Virus record (IMG/VR): IMGVR_UViG_3300035232_000745 | Reading direction: 5' to 3' (one strand) | DNA length: 64,000 bases | Source of the DNA: a virus | Shown: positions 58,280-64,000 of the stretch, in pieces | Position numbering within the stretch: position 1 is the stretch's first letter | How the letters are laid out: each line of letters starts with the position of its first letter | The notes under the pieces: generated by a model | Told to the model about the DNA's origin: nothing | The model's input: only the letters and a program-made list of their open reading frames with translations | Databases searched by the model: none | Program-made: the position numbers and the translations under genes

Positions 58280-58543
58280 TTAAACCTCGATATCTACAAA
58301 CTCACCTTCTGAATAAGCAACATCAACAGCATTGCCGTTAGGATCATAGCGTAAAACTGCTTGTTGTCTTAATGTGTTTATTTCTTCGATACGTTCTTCA
58401 ATTTCCTTGACTTGATTAAGTCTTATTTCTGCACGAGTAGCTTGTTCAACCACACGAATTCGTGCTTTCTCCATAGGAGGTTTAATAAATTCAGAGTTAG
58501 GATATACCATAGGATGTCCATATATGTTATTTACTTCTGTCAT
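58280..58543 (-). CDS. Hypothetical protein
   Basis: 87-aa ORF coupled to uvsY. Confidence 0.65.
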   Translation of the reverse strand: MTEVNNIYGHPMVYPNSEFIKPPMEKARIRVVEQATRAEIRLNQVKEIEERIEEINTLRQQAVLRYDPNGNAVDVAYSEGEFVDIEV

Positions 58544-58980
58544 TAGTATTCTCCTGCTTGAAACTTCATAATATCAATCATAGATTTGATTATAAAGTTA
58601 CGACCATGAATAGTCTTAACGATGTCTTCTAAAAACTTTGCTCTTTCAGTATGATAGTCTATCTTGAGACTAATTCGTATAATATCTTTATCTGCCTGGA
58701 TATACTTGTCCATATCTTGGCGCATTACTTTCTTTTGATAAGGTTTCCAACCACGTTCGCGCAAATCCTCTTCGGCCATATCGCCGTTAAACCATTCACG
58801 CTTATCGTATTCCATTTCTTTGTAATCGTATTTTAATTTCTTTACAGTAAGAGCTTCTCTGTAATACATATTATAATACTTAGAATGTAGTTGTGGAATT
58901 TTCTTAGCTTCATTACCCAAGTTAGTTTCGTCAATGACTGCGTCTGCAGCCCAAACTTCGCTAATATCATCAGTGCTCAT
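58543..58980 (-). CDS. uvsY: Recombination mediator UvsY
   Basis: W..DAVID..L..EA.KIPQLHSKY...RNFIIKSMID..KFQAG. Confidence 0.9.
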   Translation of the reverse strand: MSTDDISEVWAADAVIDETNLGNEAKKIPQLHSKYYNMYYREALTVKKLKYDYKEMEYDKREWFNGDMAEEDLRERGWKPYQKKVMRQDMDKYIQADKDIIRISLKIDYHTERAKFLEDIVKTIHGRNFIIKSMIDIMKFQAGEY

Positions 58981-59016
58981 AGATAAACCTTCTCAAATCA
59001 GAATCATATAAGAGTT

Positions 59017-59045
59017 ATTCTACACTGTTATGAAGAAAATGTCAA
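59017..59045 (-). promoter_or_regulatory. Promoter TTGACA-N17-TAGAAT for uvsY
   Basis: Consensus hexamers. Confidence 0.8.
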
Positions 59046-59530
59046 CCTAATTTTTCGAACTTAAATCTATCGTATCTAAAAGTCATCGATGCTTCTGGAT
59101 ATATGACGTCATCTGCAGCAGCATCCAAATTAACTCCAGTTAAGTTTGTAGGGAAGCAATTTAAGAACGTAAACTTTATATTAGGGTTCTTATGCGAGTT
59201 AAGTATTGTAATCGTAATATCTGATACAATACCATCATCAGATTTAGCTAGTCTAGAAAATTGTGCTAGGTCTTCTGTTGAAGTAAGACTTTCCATCCAT
59301 GATAGACACTCATAATAATTAGCCATCGATTCATCAACTATAAAAGAAAGATCTAATTCTTGGTATAAAAGTCTATCGCTTGTATTATAATAATTAGAAA
59401 GTGGTGTCGGTGTTTCAATTGTACCAGATGAAACTCCAGGTATCAATACCCTTTGAGTAAAGAACTCTACGTTAGGCAAACGCTTCACATTGATTTTAAA
59501 CCCAACGGGCGACAAGTAATTTGTAATCAT
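59042..59530 (-). CDS. gp3: Tail tube terminator / sheath stabilizer gp3
   Basis: NYLSPVGF...FIVDESMANY.E...W...FPTNL motif; GATAAATA late-promoter variant at 59570-59577. Confidence 0.8.
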   Translation of the reverse strand: MITNYLSPVGFKINVKRLPNVEFFTQRVLIPGVSSGTIETPTPLSNYYNTSDRLLYQELDLSFIVDESMANYYECLSWMESLTSTEDLAQFSRLAKSDDGIVSDITITILNSHKNPNIKFTFLNCFPTNLTGVNLDAAADDVIYPEASMTFRYDRFKFEKLG

Positions 59531-59597
59531 GATTATTTTCCTGTGTACAGTAATGATTTAGTATGATAGTATTTATCAGAATGTGGTATTTTGATTC

Positions 59598-59605
59598 TAT
59601 AAATA
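59598..59605 (+). promoter_or_regulatory. Late promoter TATAAATA
   Basis: Exact consensus upstream of a micro-ORF and the topoisomerase gene. Confidence 0.7.
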
Positions 59606-59634
59606 TGCCACCTACAACAATAAGGACGATCCTA

Positions 59635-59685
59635 ATGATCGACGACCCATGTGACGATTGCTCACACTGGCTTGGTAAAATATAA
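59635..59685 (+). CDS. Candidate 16-aa peptide MIDDPCDDCSHWLGKI
   Basis: AAGGA SD, late promoter upstream, CxxCxH motif. Confidence 0.4.
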   Translation: MIDDPCDDCSHWLGKI

Positions 59686-59697
59686 TGGAGTTTTGAA

Positions 59698-61518
59698 ATG
59701 GCAAACGACTTTCGAATTTTAACAGCAAGACAACACGTGAGAGAACGTATAGGAATGTACCTTGGTTCAAGCTCGCAAGAAGTTGTTGAACGCTTTGTTA
59801 AGGGAGAATGGAAAACAGCACAGTATGTTCCTGCGCTTTCTAAAATGATTGACGAAATACTCGACAACTCTATTGATGAAGCTATAAGAACTAACTTTAA
59901 ACATGCCAATAAGATTGATGTCTCTATTAATCTAGACCAAGTTACAGTAACTGATAATGGTAGAGGTATTCCTCAAGATGAAATTTACGATGAAACTAGT
60001 AAAGAAAAAATACTACGCCCTGTTGCTGCATGGACTCGCGTAAATGCTGGTACTAGCTTTGACGACGAGAGAGTAACAATTGGTACAAACGGTGTCGGTT
60101 CATCTGCTACTAATTTCTTATCATCTAAATTCGTTGGTAAAACTTGGTCAAATGGGAATATGATTTCTGTTACTTGTAAAAACGGTGGCGAAGAAATTAA
60201 AGTTAGCACCAGGGATAAAGAAGGATCAGGCACAGAGGTTTCATTTGTAGCAGACTTCGATTGCTTTGAAACAAATTCATTATCAAACCTAGATACGATT
60301 GAGTTATTAGAAGATCGTTTAATGAGTTTGCAAATGGCTTTCCCTGAAATACGTTTCTCTTTTAATAAAAGAAAGATACAAGTTTCTGATCTTAAAAAAT
60401 ATTCTGCTTTATTTAATGATACAGTAGTAATAGAAAAATCAGAAAATGTGTCGTTTTTCTTTACATCATCTGAAGATGGTTTCAGAACTAACTCTTTTGT
60501 TAACGGTGTTAATACACGTATGGGTGGTACTTATGTAGACTACATCGTAAATAATATTGTAGACGAATTGATGGTTATGATTAAGCGCAAATTTAAAGTA
60601 GAGGTAGCGAAGAACACAATTAAAGGTGGACTCACTTTCGTATTGTTTGCACGTAATTTTGTTAATCCTAAATTCGACTCACAAACCAAAGAGCGTTTAA
60701 CTAATCCTATGAGTAATGTGCGTGAGCATTTTGAAACAGCGGAATGTAAAGACTTTGCAACTTACGCTCGTAAGATTATCAATACACCAGATCTTATTGA
60801 TCCAATTATTGAAGCACAATTAGCAAAGAAGATTGCCGCTGATAAACGTGCAGCTACTCTTGCTCAGAAAAATCTTCGTAAAGTAAAGGTCGCAAAGCAC
60901 ATCGCTGCTTCTCGTCAAGATGCAACTCTCAAGATTGTTGAAGGTGACTCAGCTATGGGTTTCTTACTTAAAGTAAGAGATGCTCAAAAGGTTGGAGCAT
61001 ATCCATTGCGAGGTGTTATTATGAATACTTGGGATATGAAACCAGCTGATGTTCTTAAGAATAAAGAATTATCAGAACTCGTAGCTGTTCTTGGTTTAGA
61101 TATTAATAATCCTAATTCTGTAGACAACGCTACGTATGATAACATAGCTACACTTACAGATGCAGATCACGATGGCATTGGTCATATTAGTCCATTGCTA
61201 ATTGCATTCTTCTATAAATTCTGGCCACGTCTTTTAAGTGAAAAACGCGTTAAGATTACACGTACACCGATTATGATTTCTCGTAGTGGTGATAAAGTTA
61301 AGTGGTTCTACACATATGAAGAAGCATCTGCTTTTAAATCAAATCAATCTGGTTGGAAGCATCGCTACATTAAAGGTTTAGGATCGTTGACTGAAGAGGA
61401 ATACGATGTGATTATTAATCAACCTCAGTATGATACTGTAACTGTTGATGATGCATCTATGTTTCAGATGATGTTTGGTAAAGAAAGTCAACTTCGTAAA
61501 GATTATATGTTTGCATGA
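59698..61518 (+). CDS. gp39: Type II DNA topoisomerase large subunit (gp39+60 fused)
   Basis: EILDNSIDE, DNGRGIP, GTNGVG, VEGDSA, PLRG, TDADHDG, YIKGLGS. Confidence 0.96.
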   Translation: MANDFRILTARQHVRERIGMYLGSSSQEVVERFVKGEWKTAQYVPALSKMIDEILDNSIDEAIRTNFKHANKIDVSINLDQVTVTDNGRGIPQDEIYDETSKEKILRPVAAWTRVNAGTSFDDERVTIGTNGVGSSATNFLSSKFVGKTWSNGNMISVTCKNGGEEIKVSTRDKEGSGTEVSFVADFDCFETNSLSNLDTIELLEDRLMSLQMAFPEIRFSFNKRKIQVSDLKKYSALFNDTVVIEKSENVSFFFTSSEDGFRTNSFVNGVNTRMGGTYVDYIVNNIVDELMVMIKRKFKVEVAKNTIKGGLTFVLFARNFVNPKFDSQTKERLTNPMSNVREHFETAECKDFATYARKIINTPDLIDPIIEAQLAKKIAADKRAATLAQKNLRKVKVAKHIAASRQDATLKIVEGDSAMGFLLKVRDAQKVGAYPLRGVIMNTWDMKPADVLKNKELSELVAVLGLDINNPNSVDNATYDNIATLTDADHDGIGHISPLLIAFFYKFWPRLLSEKRVKITRTPIMISRSGDKVKWFYTYEEASAFKSNQSGWKHRYIKGLGSLTEEEYDVIINQPQYDTVTVDDASMFQMMFGKESQLRKDYMFA

Positions 61519-61521
61519 TGG

Positions 61522-61550
61522 TTTACATTTTATGAAAATCGTGGTATTAT
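61522..61550 (+). promoter_or_regulatory. Promoter TTTACA-N17-TATTAT for gp52
   Basis: Hexamers with extended -10 TG; TAGAATCA just downstream. Confidence 0.7.
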
Positions 61551-61582
61551 GTATAGAATCATAAAGATGGGAATTATTATAA

Positions 61583-62926
61583 ATGAGCGTACTTGAATTT
61601 ACAAAAGAAGACGGAACTAGAGATTATCCAATCTCTGCTGTGGCTAAAAACGAATGGTTAAGCTTTGCCATGTATACAGTCGAGTCACGTGCCATTCCAA
61701 ACATGATCGATGGTTTGAAGCCAGTGCAGAGATTTTATCTATACTCTTCTCTCCTCAATTCAAAGAAAGACTTTAAGAAAGTATCTGCTGTAGCTGGTAT
61801 CATTTCAGATTACGGTTACAATCACGGTGAAACATCAGCTGCTGGTGCTGGCCAACTTATGGCCGCAACATGGAATAACAACGTTTGTTTAGTTGAAGGT
61901 CGTGGATCATTTGGTACTCGTTTAGTACAAGAACCAGGTGCAGCTCGTTACGTATATACAAGAGTTCATTCGAACTTTGAAAAGTACGTTAAAGATACTG
62001 ATCTTTCTCCAGTACACGATGATCCAGAGCATCAGCCTCCAATGTTTTATCTACCAGTTATTCCTTTGGTATTAGCCAACGGAACTAAGGGTATTGCTAC
62101 TGGATTTGCTACAAACATACTTCCTCGTTCCGAAGAAGCGCTCTCTGATGCTGTTCGTGAATATTTAACGAGTGGTACTATATCGCAAAGACTCCAGGTT
62201 AAGTTCCCAGAGTTTAATGGTACAGTTACTTACGATAATGAAGAAGAACGTTATAGTGTTAAAGGTATATTTGAACGTACAAGTAAAACAGTTGTTACGA
62301 TTACTGAAGTACCTTATGGCTATGATCGTGAAGCATACGTAAAAGTATTAGATGCTCTTGAAGATAATAACGATATAGTATCATACGAAGATCTTTGCGA
62401 CAAACAAGGTTTTAGGTTTGAAGTTAAGTTAAAGCTTGCGTCAGCTAATGCATGGACTGATGAGCGTATTATGCGTAAGTTCAAACTTAGCAAACCGTTA
62501 AGTGAAAACCTTACTGTGATCGATCATAAAGGTAAGCTCCGTCAATATAAAGATGAGCGCGAACTGATTAAGGATTTCTGTGAATTCAGACTTACAGTTC
62601 TTGATAAGCGTATTGCTCTACGTAAAGTAGAAGCACACGAAGCTATTCGTTGGTTGAGAGTTAAGATGGAATTTATTCAATCTGTACTTGACGATAAGAT
62701 CGTATTCAAAAATCGTAAGAAGAAAGATGTAGCTAGTCAAATTCTTAGTGGTACATCAGCATTACAAGAAGATACTGATAGGTTACTTAGAATTAACATC
62801 ATGAGTTTGACAGACGAGATGGTTAAGGAACTTGCTAAAGATATTAAGTCTGCAGAAAAAGATGTACGTTATTGGGAGTCAACTACTCCTAAGAAACAAT
62901 TCATTCTAGATCTCGAAGGGATTTAA
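61583..62926 (+). CDS. gp52: Type II DNA topoisomerase medium subunit gp52
   Basis: RAIPNMIDGLKPVQR, YNHGE, AARY (catalytic Tyr), GIATGF. Confidence 0.96.
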   Translation: MSVLEFTKEDGTRDYPISAVAKNEWLSFAMYTVESRAIPNMIDGLKPVQRFYLYSSLLNSKKDFKKVSAVAGIISDYGYNHGETSAAGAGQLMAATWNNNVCLVEGRGSFGTRLVQEPGAARYVYTRVHSNFEKYVKDTDLSPVHDDPEHQPPMFYLPVIPLVLANGTKGIATGFATNILPRSEEALSDAVREYLTSGTISQRLQVKFPEFNGTVTYDNEEERYSVKGIFERTSKTVVTITEVPYGYDREAYVKVLDALEDNNDIVSYEDLCDKQGFRFEVKLKLASANAWTDERIMRKFKLSKPLSENLTVIDHKGKLRQYKDERELIKDFCEFRLTVLDKRIALRKVEAHEAIRWLRVKMEFIQSVLDDKIVFKNRKKKDVASQILSGTSALQEDTDRLLRINIMSLTDEMVKELAKDIKSAEKDVRYWESTTPKKQFILDLEGI

Positions 62927-62978
62927 CGGTGTACATACATCTTGAATCAGTATAGATGTATGTTAAAGGAGATTACTA

Positions 62979-63398
62979 ATGTACTACTCAACTTATGGCA
63001 AACCTTCAAAAGTATCAAATCCATTAATGGATAAGATGGTTATATTTGCTTCAGATTTCTTAGAGATTGACGAGACAATTGAAATTGATTTTGAAGATCA
63101 CGAAGATGGAACTTGTGGCTTTTGTGATTACGACTCTGAAGAAGGTATTACGATTGGTATTAATCCAAAGTTAAGTAGAACAGAAATCTGCAAAACTTTA
63201 TTCCACGAAATGGTACACGCAAAGCAGTATATCAGAGGTGAACTTATTTCTGGAGTAGGAAAAGCTCCATCACGTTGGTTAGGTAAAGAAGTCACTGGTA
63301 ATTATATGGATTTACCATGGGAACGTGAAGCGTATGATACTGAAGCAGCAATGTGGGCAATATTCTCAACTGAAATTTTAAAGAAGCCTCTAAAATGA
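62979..63398 (+). CDS. Zincin-type metallopeptidase-like protein
   Basis: HEMVHAKQY...PWEREA. Confidence 0.75.
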   Translation: MYYSTYGKPSKVSNPLMDKMVIFASDFLEIDETIEIDFEDHEDGTCGFCDYDSEEGITIGINPKLSRTEICKTLFHEMVHAKQYIRGELISGVGKAPSRWLGKEVTGNYMDLPWEREAYDTEAAMWAIFSTEILKKPLK

Positions 63399-63784
63399 TT
63401 ATCGATGTGCATATAGACGAAGACGATCAGTTGAATGCTTTAGCTGAAAAGTTTATTAAATTTATATGTAAAGAATATGGTATACTTCCTAGAAAGATAT
63501 CGGTTGAAGCACACGATATAGTTGGCAACAACGGCATGTGTTTCGATGAACCAGATGGACAATATACTATTCTTATAAAAGATAACAGAGATTTGGGTCA
63601 CATATTCACAACGTTAGCTCATGAAATGATACACGTCAAACAATATATGACTCAAAATTTAGGTACTCTATTGGACGATAATAGAGAACTACCTTATATG
63701 GAAAGATGGTGGGAAGAAGAAGCATTTAGTGATGCTATACCGCTTGTTGAAAAGTTTGCAAAACAAATAAACATTAATTACTAA
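63395..63784 (+). CDS. Zincin-type metallopeptidase-like protein (paralog of the previous gene)
   Basis: HEMIHVKQY...WWEEEA. Confidence 0.75.
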   Translation: MIIDVHIDEDDQLNALAEKFIKFICKEYGILPRKISVEAHDIVGNNGMCFDEPDGQYTILIKDNRDLGHIFTTLAHEMIHVKQYMTQNLGTLLDDNRELPYMERWWEEEAFSDAIPLVEKFAKQININY

Positions 63785-63852
63785 TTAACCGTTTACTTGC
63801 CTAAAGAATCACTGTAGGTTATTCTTACAAACAAAAAAAGAAAGAAATAAAA

Positions 63853-64000
63853 ATGTCGTTCAAAGTATATCAAGTTTACGGTTCAGAAGATGGAACAACT
63901 GGAATTTTTTCATCTAAAAAAAGAGCAATGGCTTCTGCTATCGATTATGTTAAAAACGCAGGTGATGAAACTCCAGAAGTAGATGACTCTATGGATTGGA
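63853..64000 (+). CDS. Hypothetical protein (partial, runs off right edge)
   Basis: Open frame MSFKVYQVYGSEDGTTGIFSSKKRA... Confidence 0.6.
   Translation, partial: MSFKVYQVYGSEDGTTGIFSSKKRAMASAIDYVKNAGDETPEVDDSMDW

Noticed and set aside
2823-58836. Numerous 60-130 aa opposite-strand ORFs in the track
   Set aside because: They lie fully inside confidently identified genes on the other strand or frame
59496-59909. 137-aa minus-strand ORF
   Set aside because: Overlaps topoisomerase antisense and the promoter region; TTG start with implausible composition
50428-62926. Introns, inteins or homing endonucleases in gp43, gp46, uvsW or topoisomerase
   Set aside because: All ORFs are continuous and of normal length; no HNH/GIY-YIG/LAGLIDADG motifs seen

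Overview
AT-rich segment (roughly 35% GC by eye) of a T4-like myovirus genome. The host is probably a marine alphaproteobacterium, inferred from a ROSE-like hsp20 leader, GANTC motifs at promoters and host-type metabolic genes. 1-30.3 kb is the tail/baseplate module: fibre/spike proteins, a VrlC/DUF4815 protein, gp8, an S8 protease, gp9/10-like, gp7, gp6, gp25, an M15 peptidase, gp5 with a C-terminal lysozyme, a hub protein, a split gp53, gp48, gp4, gp2, gp54, gp26/gp51 and a tape-measure candidate, driven by TATAAATA late promoters. 30.3-36 kb is accessory: an NCS1 nucleobase permease, a class I aldolase, a HAD phosphatase and Hsp20. 36-64 kb holds the replication core (regA, gp62, gp44, gp45, dexA, gp43, gp46, gp47, gp55, uvsW, uvsY, gp3, gp39+60, gp52). 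The most notable part is a DNA-modification island at 39.4-48.1 kb. It combines a T4 gp42-type dCMP hydroxymethylase, an aGPT-PPlase/amino-acid:DNA-transferase-like protein, a C5-MTase-fold protein with a degenerate SAM motif, an SGNH-like protein, an NPPY MTase, a 2OG-Fe(II) oxygenase, a GT-A glycosyltransferase and a nuclease-like ORF. Three of these end in the same clamp-binding-type tail as the DNA polymerase, suggesting a replisome-tethered cytosine hypermodification pathway. All calls come from motif recognition by eye; no database searches were run.
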